DNA of 64,000 bases from assembly GCA_964057225.1 (NCBI GenBank), contig OZ059899.1, forward strand, positions 15,934,001 through 15,998,000, written 5' to 3'. This document shows positions 26,401 through 41,400 of this stretch, piece by piece; position 1 is the stretch's first letter; every line of letters begins with the position of its first letter. This DNA is from Auanema rhodensis. Its lineage: Eukaryota > Animalia > Nematoda. Under the pieces are notes generated by a model, which was given only the letters and a program-made list of their open reading frames with translations, was not told the DNA's origin and did no database searches. The position numbers and the translations under genes are program-made.

Positions 26401-29400
26401 TTTCAGGGAAAACGGTTTATATCGACGCCATCCACAAGATTTGTTCACAAAAAAGTTCAGGCTGTAGTCACGTTGTGTCCGGTGAATGTTCGCTTTGCTC
26501 CAACACCATCATCGAAAATCAAATAAAACCAATTTGAGGTGGAGTATTCAGATGTGTAGATTCTGAATCTCCTAGGGAAATTTGGCTAGGACTTCTCCTG
26601 TTTACGGAAAAACGGTTTATATCGACCCCATCCACAAGATTTGTTCACAAAAAAGTTCAGGCTGTGGACACGTTGTGTCCGGTGAATGTTCCCTTTGCTC
26701 CAAGACCATCATCGAAAATCAAATAAAAATACTTTGAGGTGGGGTATTCAGATGTTTAGATTCTGAATCTCTTAGTGAAATTTGGCTAGGACTTCTCCTG
26801 TTTACGGAAAAACGGTTTATATTGACCCCATCTACAAGATTTGTTCACAAAAAAGTTCAGGCTGTAGGCACTGTGTGTCCGGTGAATGTTCGCTTTTCTC
26901 TAAGATCATTATCGAAAATCAAATGAAAATACATTGAGGTGTTGTATTCAGATGTGTAGATTCTGAATCTCCTAGGGAAATTTGGCTAGGACTTCTCCTG
27001 TTTCAGGGAAAACGGTTTATATCGACGCCATCCACAAGATTTGTTCACAAAAAAGTTCAGGCTGTGGACACGTTGTGTCCTATGAATGTTCCCTTTGCTC
27101 CAAGACCATCATCGAAAATCAAATAAAAATACTTTGAGGTGGGGTATTCAGATGTTTAGATTCTGAATCTCTTAGTGAAATTTGGCTAGGACTTCTCCTG
27201 TTTACGGAAAAACGGTTTATATTGACCCCATCTACAAGATTTGTTCACAAAAAAGTTCAGGCTGTAGGCACTGTGTGTCCGGTGAATGTTCGCTTTTCTC
27301 TAAGATCATTATCGAAAATCAAATGAAAATACATTGAGGTGTTGTATTCAGATGTGTAGATTCTGAATCTCCTAGGGAAATTTGGCTAGGACTTCTCCTG
27401 TTTACGGAAAAACGGTTTATATTGACCCCATCTACAAGATTTGTTCACAAAAAAGTTCAGGCTGTGGACACGTTGTGTCCTATGAATGTTCGCTTTTCTC
27501 TAAGATCATTATCGAAAATCAAATGAAAATACATTGAGGTGTTGTATTCAGATGTGTAGATTCTGAATCTCTTAGTGAAATTTGGCTAGGACTTCTCCTG
27601 TTTACGGAAAAACGGTTTATATTGACCCCATCTACAAGATTTGTTCACAAAAAAGTTCAGGCTGTAGTCACGTTGTGTCCGGTGAATGTTCGCTTTTCTC
27701 TAAGATTATTATCGAAAATCAAATGAAAATACATTGAGGTGTTGTATTCAGATGTGTAGATTCTGAATCTCCTAGGGAAATTTGGCTAGGACTTCTCCTG
27801 TTTACGGAAAAACGGTTTATATTGACCCCATCTACAAGATTTGTTCACAAAAAAGTTCAGGCTGTGGACACGTTGTGTCCTATGAATGTTCGCTTTTCTC
27901 TAAGATCATTATCGAAAATCAAATGAAAATACATTGAGGTGTTGTATTCAGATGTGTAGATTCTGAATCTCTTAGTGAAATTTGGCTAGGACTTCTCCTG
28001 TTTACGGAAAAACGGTTTATATTGACCCCATCTACAAGATTTGTTCACAAAAAAGTTCAGGCTGTAGGCACTGTGTGTCCGGTGAATGTTCGCTTTTCTC
28101 TAAGATCATTATCGAAAATCAAATGAAAATACATTGAGGTGTTGTATTCAGATGTGTAGATTCTGAATCTCTTAGTGAAATTTGGCTAGGACTTCTCCTG
28201 TTTACGGAAAAACGGTTTATATTGACCCCATCTACAAGATTTGTTCACAAAAAAGTTCAGGCTGTAGGCACTGTGTGTCCGGTGAATGTTCGCTTTTCTC
28301 TAAGATCATTATCGAAAATCAAATGAAAATACATTGAGGTGTTGTATTCAGATGTGTAGATTCTGAATCTCTTAGTGAAATTTGGCTAGGACTTCTCCTG
28401 TTTACGGAAAAACGGTTTATATTGACCCCATCTACAAGATTTGTTCACAAAAAAGTTCAGGCTGTAGTCACGTTGTGTCCGGTGAATGTTCGCTTTGCTC
28501 CAACATCATCATAGAAAATCAAATAAAAACATTCTGAGGTGGGGTATTCAGATGTGTAGATTCTCAATCTCTTAGTGAAATTTAGCTAGGACTTCTCCTG
28601 TTTACGGAAAAACGGTTTATATCGACGCCATCCACAAGATTTGTTCACAAAAAAGTTCAGGCTGTAGTCACGTTGTGTCCGGTGAATGTTCGCTTTGCTC
28701 CAACATCATCATAGAAAATCAAATAAAAACATTCTGAGGTGGGGTATTCAGATGTGTAGATTCTGAATCTCCTAGGGAAATTTGGCTAGGACTTCTCCTG
28801 TTTCAGGGAAAACGGTTTATATCGACGCCATCCACAAGATTTGTTCACAAAAAAGTTCAGGCTGTGGACACGTTGTGTCCTATGAATGTTCGCTTTTCTC
28901 TAAGATCATTATCGAAAATCAAATGAAAATACATTGAGGTGTTGTATTCAGATGTGTAGATTCTGAATCTCTTAGTGAAATTTGGCTAGGACTTCTCCTG
29001 TTTACGGAAAAACGGTTTATATTGACCCCATCTACAAGATTTGTTCACAAAAAAGTTCAGGCTGTAGTCACGTTGTGTCCGGTGAATGTTCGCTTTTCTC
29101 TAAGATCATTATCGAAAATCAAACAAAACCATTTTGAGGTGGAGTATTCAGATGTGTAGATTCTGAATCTCTTAGTGAAATTTGGCTAGGACTTCTCCTG
29201 TTTCCGGAAAAACGGTTTATATTGACCCCATCTACAAGATTTGTTCACAAAAAAGTTCAGGCTGTAGGCACTGTGTGTCCGGTGAATGTTCGCTTTGCTC
29301 CAACACCATCATCGAAAATCAAAAAAAAACACTTTGAGGTGGGGTATTCAGATGTGTAGATTCTGAATCTCTTAGTGAAATTTGGCTAGGACTTCTCCTG

Positions 29401-32400
29401 TTTCCGGAAAAACGGTTTATATTGACCCCATCTACAAGATTTGTTCACAAAAAAGTTCAGGCTGTAGTCACGTTGTGTCCGGTGAATGTTCGCTTTGCTC
29501 CAACACCATCATCGAAAATCAAATAAAACCATTTTGAGGTGGAGTATTCAGATGTGTAGATTCTGAATCTCCTAGGGAAATTTGGCTAGGACTCCTCCTG
29601 TTTCAGGGAAAACGGTTTATATCGACGCCATCCACAAGATTTGTTCACAAAAAAGTTCAGGCTGTAGTCACGTTGTGTCCGGTGAATGTTCGCTTTGCTC
29701 CAACACCATCATCGAAAATCAAATAAAACCATTTTGAGGTGGAGTATTCAGATGTGTAGATTCTGAATCTCCTAGGGAAATTTGGCTAGGACTCCTCCTG
29801 TTTCAGGGAAAACGGTTTATATCGACGCCATCCACAAGATTTGTTCACAAAAAAATTCAGGCGGTAGTCACGTTGTGTCCGGTGAATGTTCGCTTTTCTC
29901 TAAGATCATTATCGAAAATCAAATAAAAATACTTTGAGGTGGGGTATTCAGATGTTTAGATTCTGAATCTCCTAGGGAAATTTGGCTAGGACTTCTCCTG
30001 TTTACGGAAAAACGGTTTATATCGACCCCATCCACAAGATTTGTTCACAAAAAAGTTCAGGCTGTAGTCACGTTGTGTCCGGTGAATGTTCGCTTTTCTC
30101 TAAGATCATTATCGAAAATCAAACAAAACCATTTTGAGGTGGAGTATTCAGATGTGTAGATTCTGAATCTCCTAGGGAAATTTGGCTAGGACTCCTCCTG
30201 TTTCAGGGAAAACGGTTTATATCGACGCCATCCACAAGATTTGTTCACAAAAAAGTTCAGGCTGTAGTCACGTTGTGTCCGGTGAATGTTCGCTTTGCTC
30301 CAACACCATCATCGAAAATCAAATAAAACCATTTTGAGGTGGAGTATTCAGATGTGTAGATTCTGAATCTCCTAGGGAAATTTGGCTAGGACTTCTCCTG
30401 TTTACGGAAAAACGGTTTATATCGACCCCATCCACAAGATTTGTTCACAAAAAAGTTCAGGCTGTGGACACGTTGTGTCCTATGAATGTTCCCTTTGCTC
30501 CAAGACCATCATCGAAAATCAAATAAAAATACTTTGAGGTGGGGTATTCAGATGTTTAGATTCTGAATCTCTTAGTGAAATTTGGCTAGGACTTCTCCTG
30601 TTTACGGAAAAACGGTTTATATTGACCCCATCTACAAGATTTGTTCACAAAAAAGTTCAGGCTGTGGACACGTTGTGTCCTATGAATGTTCCCTTTGCTC
30701 CAAGACCATCATCGAAAATCAAATAAAAATACATTGAGGTGTTGTATTCAGATGTGTAGATTCTGAATCTCCTAGGGAAATTTGGCTAGGACTTCTCCTG
30801 TTTACGGAAAAACGGTTTATATTGACCCCATCTACAAGATTTGTTCACAAAAAAGTTCAGGCTGTAGTCACGTTGTGTCCGGTGAATGTTCGCTTTTCTC
30901 TAAGATCATTATCGAAAATCAAATGAAAATACATTGAGGTGTTGTATTCAGATGTGTAGATTCTGAATCTCTTAGTGAAATTTGGCTAGGACTTCTCCTG
31001 TTTACGGAAAAACGGTTTATATTGACCCCATCTACAAGATTTGTTCACAAAAAAGTTCAGGCTGTAGGCACTGTGTGTCCGGTGAATGTTCGCTTTTCTC
31101 TAAGATCATTATCGAAAATCAAATGAAAATACATTGAGGTGTTGTATTCAGATGTGTAGATTCTGAATCTCTTAGTGAAATTTGGCTAGGACTTCTCCTG
31201 TTTACGGAAAAACGGTTTATATTGACCCCATCTACAAGATTTGTTCACAAAAAAGTTCAGGCTGTAGGCACTGTGTGTCCGGTGAATGTTCGCTTTTCTC
31301 TAAGATCATTATCGAAAATCAAATGAAAATACATTGAGGTGTTGTATTCAGATGTGTAGATTCTGAATCTCCTAGGGAAATTTGGCTAGGACTTCTCCTG
31401 TTTCAGGGAAAACGGTTTATATCGACGCCATCTACAAGATTTGTTCACAAAAAAGTTCAGGCTGTGGACACGTTGTGTCCTATGAATGTTCGCTTTTCTC
31501 TAAGATCATTATCGAAAATCAAATGAAAATACATTGAGGTGTTGTATTCAGATGTGTAGATTCTGAATCTCTTAGTGAAATTTGGCTAGGACTTCTCCTG
31601 TTTACGGAAAAACGGTTTATATTGACCCCATCTACAAGATTTGTTCACAAAAAAGTTCAGGCTGTAGTCACGTTGTGTCCGGTGAATGTTCGCTTTTCTC
31701 TAAGATCATTATCGAAAATCAAATGAAAATACATTGAGGTGTTGTATTCAGATGTGTAGATTCTGAATCTCCTAGGGAAATTTGGCTAGGACTTCTCCTG
31801 TTTCAGGGAAAACGGTTTATATCGACGCCATCTACAAGATTTGTTCACAAAAAAGTTCAGGCTGTGGACACGTTGTGTCCTATGAATGTTCGCTTTTCTC
31901 TAAGATCATTATCGAAAATCAAATGAAAATACATTGAGGTGTTGTATTCAGATGTGTAGATTCTGAATCTCTTAGTGAAATTTGGCTAGGACTTCTCCTG
32001 TTTACGGAAAAACGGTTTATATTGACCCCATCTACAAGATTTGTTCACAAAAAAGTTCAGGCTGTAGGCACTGTGTGTCCGGTGAATGTTCGCTTTTCTC
32101 TAAGATCATTATCGAAAATCAAATGAAAATACATTGAGGTGTTGTATTCAGATGTGTAGATTCTGAATCTCTTAGTGAAATTTGGCTAGGACTTCTCCTG
32201 TTTACGGAAAAACGGTTTATATTGACCCCATCTACAAGATTTGTTCACAAAAAAGTTCAGGCTGTAGGCACTGTGTGTCCGGTGAATGTTCGCTTTTCTC
32301 TAAGATCATTATCGAAAATCAAATGAAAATACATTGAGGTGTTGTATTCAGATGTGTAGATTCTGAATCTCCTAGGGAAATTTGGCTAGGACTTCTCCTG

Positions 32401-35400
32401 TTTCAGGGAAAACGGTTTATATCGACGCCATCTACAAGATTTGTTCACAAAAAAGTTCAGGCTGTGGACACGTTGTGTCCTATGAATGTTCGCTTTTCTC
32501 TAAGATCATTATCGAAAATCAAATGAAAATACATTGAGGTGTTGTATTCAGATGTGTAGATTCTGAATCTCTTAGTGAAATTTGGCTAGGACTTCTCCTG
32601 TTTCAGGGAAAACGGTTTATATCGACGCCATCTACAAGATTTGTTCACAAAAAAGTTCAGGCTGTAGGCACTGTGTGTCCGGTGAATGTTCGCTTTTCTC
32701 TAAGATCATTATCGAAAATCAAATGAAAATACATTGAGGTGTTGTATTCAGATGTGTAGATTCTGAATCTCCTAGGGAAATTTGGCTAGGACTTCTCCTG
32801 TTTCAGGGAAAACGGTTTATATCGACGCCATCTACAAGATTTGTTCACAAAAAAGTTCAGGCTGTGGACACGTTGTGTCCTATGAATGTTCGCTTTTCTC
32901 TAAGATCATTATCGAAAATCAAATGAAAATACATTGAGGTGTTGTATTCAGATGTGTAGATTCTGAATCTCTTAGTGAAATTTGGCTAGGACTTCTCCTG
33001 TTTACGGAAAAACGGTTTATATTGACCCCATCTACAAGATTTGTTCACAAAAAAGTTCAGGCTGTAGTCACGTTGTGTCCGGTGAATGTTCGCTTTTCTC
33101 TAAGATCATTATCGAAAATCAAATGAAAATACATTGAGGTGTTGTATTCAGATGTGTAGATTCTGAATCTCCTAGGGAAATTTGGCTAGGACTTCTCCTG
33201 TTTCAGGGAAAACGGTTTATATCGACGCCATCTACAAGATTTGTTCACAAAAAAGTTCAGGCTGTGGACACGTTGTGTCCTATGAATGTTCGCTTTTCTC
33301 TAAGATCATTATCGAAAATCAAATGAAAATACATTGAGGTGTTGTATTCAGATGTGTAGATTCTGAATCTCTTAGTGAAATTTGGCTAGGACTTCTCCTG
33401 TTTACGGAAAAACGGTTTATATTGACCCCATCTACAAGATTTGTTCACAAAAAAGTTCAGGCTGTAGTCACGTTGTGTCCGGTGAATGTTCGCTTTTCTC
33501 TAAGATCATTATCGAAAATCAAATGAAAATACATTGAGGTGTTGTATTCAGATGTGTAGATTCTGAATCTCCTAGGGAAATTTGGCTAGGACTTCTCCTG
33601 TTTACGGAAAAACGGTTTATATTGACCCCATCTACAAGATTTGTTCACAAAAAAGTTCAGGCTGTAGTCACGTTGTGTCCGGTGAATGTTCGCTTTTCTC
33701 TAAGATTATTATCGAAAATCAAATGAAAATACATTGAGGTGTTGTATTCAGATGTGTAGATTCTGAATCTCCTAGGGAAATTTGGCTAGGACTTCTCCTG
33801 TTTACGGAAAAACGGTTTATATTGACCCCATCTACAAGATTTGTTCACAAAAAAGTTCAGGCTGTGGACACGTTGTGTCCTATGAATGTTCGCTTTTCTC
33901 TAAGATCATTATCGAAAATCAAATGAAAATACATTGAGGTGTTGTATTCAGATGTGTAGATTCTGAATCTCTTAGTGAAATTTGGCTAGGACTTCTCCTG
34001 TTTACGGAAAAACGGTTTATATTGACCCCATCTACAAGATTTGTTCACAAAAAAGTTCAGGCTGTAGTCACGTTGTGTCCGGTGAATGTTCGCTTTTCTC
34101 TAAGATCATTATCGAAAATCAAATGAAAATACATTGAGGTGTTGTATTCAGATGTGTAGATTCTGAATCTCCTAGGGAAATTTGGCTAGGACTTCTCCTG
34201 TTTACGGAAAAACGGTTTATATTGACCCCATCTACAAGATTTGTTCACAAAAAAGTTCAGGCTGTAGGCACTGTGTGTCCGGTGAATGTTCGCTTTTCTC
34301 TAAGATCATTATCGAAAATCAAATGAAAATACATTGAGGTGTTGTATTCAGATGTGTAGATTCTGAATCTCCTAGGGAAATTTGGCTAGGACTTCTCCTG
34401 TTTACGGAAAAACGGTTTATATTGACCCCATCTACAAGATTTGTTCACAAAAAAGTTCAGGCTGTAGGCACTGTGTGTCCGGTGAATGTTCGCTTTTCTC
34501 TAAGATCATTATCGAAAATCAAACAAAACCATTTTGAGGTGGAGTATTCAGATGTGTAGATTCTGAATCTCTTAGTGAAATTTGGCTAGGACTTCTCCTG
34601 TTTCCGGAAAAACGGTTTATATTGACCCCATCTACAAGATTTGTTCACAAAAAAGTTCAGGCTGTAGGCACTGTGTGTCCGGTGAATGTTCGCTTTGCTC
34701 CAACACCATCATCGAAAATCAAAAAAAAACACTTTGAGGTGGGGTATTCAGATGTGTAGATTCTGAATCTCTTAGTGAAATTTGGCTAGGACTTCTCCTG
34801 TTTCCGGAAAAACGGTTTATATTGACCCCATCTACAAGATTTGTTCACAAAAAAGTTCAGGCTGTAGTCACGTTGTGTCCGGTGAATGTTCGCTTTTCTC
34901 TAAGATCATTATCGAAAATCAAATGAAAATACATTGAGGTGTTGTATTCAGATGTGTAGATTCTGAATCTCCTAGGGAAATTTGGCTAGGACTTCTCCTG
35001 TTTACGGAAAAACGGTTTATATTGACCCCATCTACAAGATTTGTTCACAAAAAAGTTCAGGCTGTAGTCACGTTGTGTCCGGTGAATGTTCGCTTTTCTC
35101 TAAGATTATTATCGAAAATCAAATGAAAATACATTGAGGTGTTGTATTCAGATGTGTAGATTCTGAATCTCCTAGGGAAATTTGGCTAGGACTTCTCCTG
35201 TTTACGGAAAAACGGTTTATATTGACCCCATCTACAAGATTTGTTCACAAAAAAGTTCAGGCTGTGGACACGTTGTGTCCTATGAATGTTCGCTTTTCTC
35301 TAAGATCATTATCGAAAATCAAATGAAAATACATTGAGGTGTTGTATTCAGATGTGTAGATTCTGAATCTCTTAGTGAAATTTGGCTAGGACTTCTCCTG

Positions 35401-38400
35401 TTTACGGAAAAACGGTTTATATTGACCCCATCTACAAGATTTGTTCACAAAAAAGTTCAGGCTGTAGTCACGTTGTGTCCGGTGAATGTTCGCTTTTCTC
35501 TAAGATCATTATCGAAAATCAAATGAAAATACATTGAGGTGTTGTATTCAGATGTGTAGATTCTGAATCTCCTAGGGAAATTTGGCTAGGACTTCTCCTG
35601 TTTACGGAAAAACGGTTTATATTGACCCCATCTACAAGATTTGTTCACAAAAAAGTTCAGGCTGTAGGCACTGTGTGTCCGGTGAATGTTCGCTTTTCTC
35701 TAAGATCATTATCGAAAATCAAATGAAAATACATTGAGGTGTTGTATTCAGATGTGTAGATTCTGAATCTCCTAGGGAAATTTGGCTAGGACTTCTCCTG
35801 TTTACGGAAAAACGGTTTATATTGACCCCATCTACAAGATTTGTTCACAAAAAAGTTCAGGCTGTAGGCACTGTGTGTCCGGTGAATGTTCGCTTTTCTC
35901 TAAGATCATTATCGAAAATCAAACAAAACCATTTTGAGGTGGAGTATTCAGATGTGTAGATTCTGAATCTCTTAGTGAAATTTGGCTAGGACTTCTCCTG
36001 TTTCCGGAAAAACGGTTTATATTGACCCCATCTACAAGATTTGTTCACAAAAAAGTTCAGGCTGTAGGCACTGTGTGTCCGGTGAATGTTCGCTTTGCTC
36101 CAACACCATCATCGAAAATCAAAAAAAAACACTTTGAGGTGGGGTATTCAGATGTGTAGATTCTGAATCTCTTAGTGAAATTTGGCTAGGACTTCTCCTG
36201 TTTCCGGAAAAACGGTTTATATTGACCCCATCTACAAGATTTGTTCACAAAAAAGTTCAGGCTGTAGGCACTGTGTGTCCGGTGAATGTTCGCTTTGCTC
36301 CAACACCATCATCGAAAATCAAATAAAAACACTTTGAGGTGGGGTATTCAGATGTGTAGATTCTGAATCTCTTAGTGAAATTTGGCTAGGACTTCTCCTG
36401 TTTCCGGAAAAACGGTTTATATCGACGCCATCCACAAGATTTGTTCACAAAAAAGTTCAGGCTGTAGTCACGTTGTGTCCGGTGAATGTTCGCTTTGCTC
36501 CAACACCATCATCGAAAATCAAATAAAAACACTTTGAGGTGGGGTATTCAGATGTGTAGATTCTGAATCTCTTAGTGAAATTTGGCTAGGACTTCTCCTG
36601 TTTCCGGAAAAACGGTTTATATCGACCCCATCCACAAGATTTGTTCACAAAAAAGTGCAGGCTGTAGTCACGTTGTGTCCGGTGAATGTTCGCTTTTCTC
36701 TAAGATTATTATCGAAAATCAAATAAAAACACTTTGAGGTGGGGTATTCAGATGTTTAGATTCTGAATCTCTTAGTGAAATTTGGCTAGGACTTCTCCTG
36801 TTTACGGAAAAACGGTTTATATCGACGCCATCCACAAGATTTGTTCACAAAAAAGGTCAGGCTGTAGTCACGTTGTGTCCGGTGAATGTTCGCTTTGCTC
36901 CAACACCATCATCGAAAATCAAATAAAACCATTTTGAGGTGGAGTATTCAGATGTGTAGATTCTGAATCTCCTAGGGAAATTTGGCTAGGACTCCTCCTG
37001 TTTCAGGGAAAACGGTTTATATCGACGCCATCCACAAGATTTGTTCACAAAAAAGTTCAGGCGGTAGTCACGTTGTGTCCGGTGAATGTTCGCTTTTCTC
37101 TAAGATCATTATCGAAAATCAAATAAAAATACTTTGAGGTGGGGTATTCAGATGTTTAGATTCTGAATCTCCTAGGGAAATTTGGCTAGGACTTCTCCTG
37201 TTTACGGAAAAACGGTTTATATCGACCCCATCCACAAGATTTGTTCACAAAAAAGTTCAGGCTGTAGTCACGTTGTGTCCGGTGAATGTTCGCTTTTCTC
37301 TAAGATCATTATCGAAAATCAAACAAAACCATTTTGAGGTGGAGTATTCAGATGTGTAGATTCTGAATCTCCTAGGGAAATTTGGCTAGGACTCCTCCTG
37401 TTTCAGGGAAAACGGTTTATATCGACGCCATCCACAAGATTTGTTCACAAAAAAGTTCAGGCTGTAGTCACGTTGTGTCCGGTGAATGTTCGCTTTGCTC
37501 CAACACCATCATCGAAAATCAAATAAAACCAATTTGAGGTGGAGTATTCAGATGTGTAGATTCTGAATCTCCTAGGGAAATTTGGCTAGGACTTCTCCTG
37601 TTTACGGAAAAACGGTTTATATCGACCCCATCCACAAGATTTGTTCACAAAAAAGTTCAGGCTGTGGACACGTTGTGTCCTATGAATGTTCCCTTTGCTC
37701 CAAGACCATCATCGAAAATCAAATAAAAATACTTTGAGGTGGGGTATTCAGATGTTTAGATTCTGAATCTCTTAGTGAAATTTGGCTAGGACTTCTCCTG
37801 TTTACGGAAAAACGGTTTATATTGACCCCATCTACAAGATTTGTTCACAAAAAAGTTCAGGCTGTAGGCACTGTGTGTCCGGTGAATGTTCGCTTTTCTC
37901 TAAGATCATTATCGAAAATCAAATGAAAATACATTGAGGTGTTGTATTCAGATGTGTAGATTCTGAATCTCCTAGGGAAATTTGGCTAGGACTTCTCCTG
38001 TTTCAGGGAAAACGGTTTATATCGACGCCATCCACAAGATTTGTTCACAAAAAAGTTCAGGCTGTGGACACGTTGTGTCCTATGAATGTTCCCTTTGCTC
38101 CAAGACCATCATCGAAAATCAAATAAAAATACTTTGAGGTGGGGTATTCAGATGTTTAGATTCTGAATCTCTTAGTGAAATTTGGCTAGGACTTCTCCTG
38201 TTTACGGAAAAACGGTTTATATTGACCCCATCTACAAGATTTGTTCACAAAAAAGTTCAGGCTGTAGGCACTGTGTGTCCGGTGAATGTTCGCTTTTCTC
38301 TAAGATCATTATCGAAAATCAAATGAAAATACATTGAGGTGTTGTATTCAGATGTGTAGATTCTGAATCTCCTAGGGAAATTTGGCTAGGACTTCTCCTG

Positions 38401-41400
38401 TTTACGGAAAAACGGTTTATATTGACCCCATCTACAAGATTTGTTCACAAAAAAGTTCAGGCTGTGGACACGTTGTGTCCTATGAATGTTCGCTTTTCTC
38501 TAAGATCATTATCGAAAATCAAATGAAAATACATTGAGGTGTTGTATTCAGATGTGTAGATTCTGAATCTCTTAGTGAAATTTGGCTAGGACTTCTCCTG
38601 TTTACGGAAAAACGGTTTATATTGACCCCATCTACAAGATTTGTTCACAAAAAAGTTCAGGCTGTAGTCACGTTGTGTCCGGTGAATGTTCGCTTTTCTC
38701 TAAGATTATTATCGAAAATCAAATGAAAATACATTGAGGTGTTGTATTCAGATGTGTAGATTCTGAATCTCCTAGGGAAATTTGGCTAGGACTTCTCCTG
38801 TTTACGGAAAAACGGTTTATATTGACCCCATCTACAAGATTTGTTCACAAAAAAGTTCAGGCTGTGGACACGTTGTGTCCTATGAATGTTCGCTTTTCTC
38901 TAAGATCATTATCGAAAATCAAATGAAAATACATTGAGGTGTTGTATTCAGATGTGTAGATTCTGAATCTCTTAGTGAAATTTGGCTAGGACTTCTCCTG
39001 TTTACGGAAAAACGGTTTATATTGACCCCATCTACAAGATTTGTTCACAAAAAAGTTCAGGCTGTAGGCACTGTGTGTCCGGTGAATGTTCGCTTTTCTC
39101 TAAGATCATTATCGAAAATCAAATGAAAATACATTGAGGTGTTGTATTCAGATGTGTAGATTCTGAATCTCTTAGTGAAATTTGGCTAGGACTTCTCCTG
39201 TTTACGGAAAAACGGTTTATATTGACCCCATCTACAAGATTTGTTCACAAAAAAGTTCAGGCTGTAGGCACTGTGTGTCCGGTGAATGTTCGCTTTTCTC
39301 TAAGATCATTATCGAAAATCAAATGAAAATACATTGAGGTGTTGTATTCAGATGTGTAGATTCTGAATCTCTTAGTGAAATTTGGCTAGGACTTCTCCTG
39401 TTTACGGAAAAACGGTTTATATTGACCCCATCTACAAGATTTGTTCACAAAAAAGTTCAGGCTGTAGTCACGTTGTGTCCGGTGAATGTTCGCTTTTCTC
39501 TAAGATCATTATCGAAAATCAAACAAAACCATTTTGAGGTGGAGTATTCAGATGTGTAGATTCTGAATCTCTTAGTGAAATTTGGCTAGGACTTCTCCTG
39601 TTTCCGGAAAAACGGTTTATATTGACCCCATCTACAAGATTTGTTCACAAAAAAGTTCAGGCTGTAGGCACTGTGTGTCCGGTGAATGTTCGCTTTGCTC
39701 CAACACCATCATCGAAAATCAAAAAAAAACACTTTGAGGTGGGGTATTCAGATGTGTAGATTCTGAATCTCTTAGTGAAATTTGGCTAGGACTTCTCCTG
39801 TTTCCGGAAAAACGGTTTATATTGACCCCATCTACAAGATTTGTTCACAAAAAAGTTCAGGCTGTAGTCACGTTGTGTCCGGTGAATGTTCGCTTTGCTC
39901 CAACACCATCATCGAAAATCAAATAAAACCATTTTGAGGTGGAGTATTCAGATGTGTAGATTCTGAATCTCCTAGGGAAATTTGGCTAGGACTCCTCCTG
40001 TTTCAGGGAAAACGGTTTATATCGACGCCATCCACAAGATTTGTTCACAAAAAAGTTCAGGCTGTAGTCACGTTGTGTCCGGTGAATGTTCGCTTTGCTC
40101 CAACACCATCATCGAAAATCAAATAAAACCATTTTGAGGTGGAGTATTCAGATGTGTAGATTCTGAATCTCCTAGGGAAATTTGGCTAGGACTCCTCCTG
40201 TTTCAGGGAAAACGGTTTATATTGACCCCATCCACAAGATTTGTTCACAAAAAAATTCAGGCGGTAGTCACGTTGTGTCCGGTGAATGTTCGCTTTTCTC
40301 TAAGATCATTATCGAAAATCAAATAAAAATACTTTGAGGTGGGGTATTCAGATGTTTAGATTCTGAATCTCCTAGGGAAATTTGGCTAGGACTTCTCCTG
40401 TTTACGGAAAAACGGTTTATATCGACCCCATCCACAAGATTTGTTCACAAAAAAGTTCAGGCTGTAGTCACGTTGTGTCCGGTGAATGTTCGCTTTTCTC
40501 TAAGATCATTATCGAAAATCAAACAAAACCATTTTGAGGTGGAGTATTCAGATGTGTAGATTCTGAATCTCCTAGGGAAATTTGGCTAGGACTCCTCCTG
40601 TTTCAGGGAAAACGGTTTATATCGACGCCATCCACAAGATTTGTTCACAAAAAAGTTCAGGCTGTAGTCACGTTGTGTCCGGTGAATGTTCGCTTTGCTC
40701 CAACACCATCATCGAAAATCAAATAAAACCATTTTGAGGTGGAGTATTCAGATGTGTAGATTCTGAATCTCTTAGTGAAATTTGGCTAGGACTTCTCCTG
40801 TTTACGGAAAAACGGTTTATATTGACCCCATCTACAAGATTTGTTCACAAAAAAGTTCAGGCTGTAGGCACTGTGTGTCCGGTGAATGTTCGCTTTTCTC
40901 TAAGATCATTATCGAAAATCAAATGAAAATACATTGAGGTGTTGTATTCAGATGTGTAGATTCTGAATCTCTTAGTGAAATTTGGCTAGGACTTCTCCTG
41001 TTTACGGAAAAACGGTTTATATTGACCCCATCTACAAGATTTGTTCACAAAAAAGTTCAGGCTGTAGTCACGTTGTGTCCGGTGAATGTTCGCTTTTCTC
41101 TAAGATCATTATCGAAAATCAAACAAAACCATTTTGAGGTGGAGTATTCAGATGTGTAGATTCTGAATCTCTTAGTGAAATTTGGCTAGGACTTCTCCTG
41201 TTTCCGGAAAAACGGTTTATATTGACCCCATCTACAAGATTTGTTCACAAAAAAGTTCAGGCTGTAGGCACTGTGTGTCCGGTGAATGTTCGCTTTGCTC
41301 CAACACCATCATCGAAAATCAAAAAAAAACACTTTGAGGTGGGGTATTCAGATGTGTAGATTCTGAATCTCTTAGTGAAATTTGGCTAGGACTTCTCCTG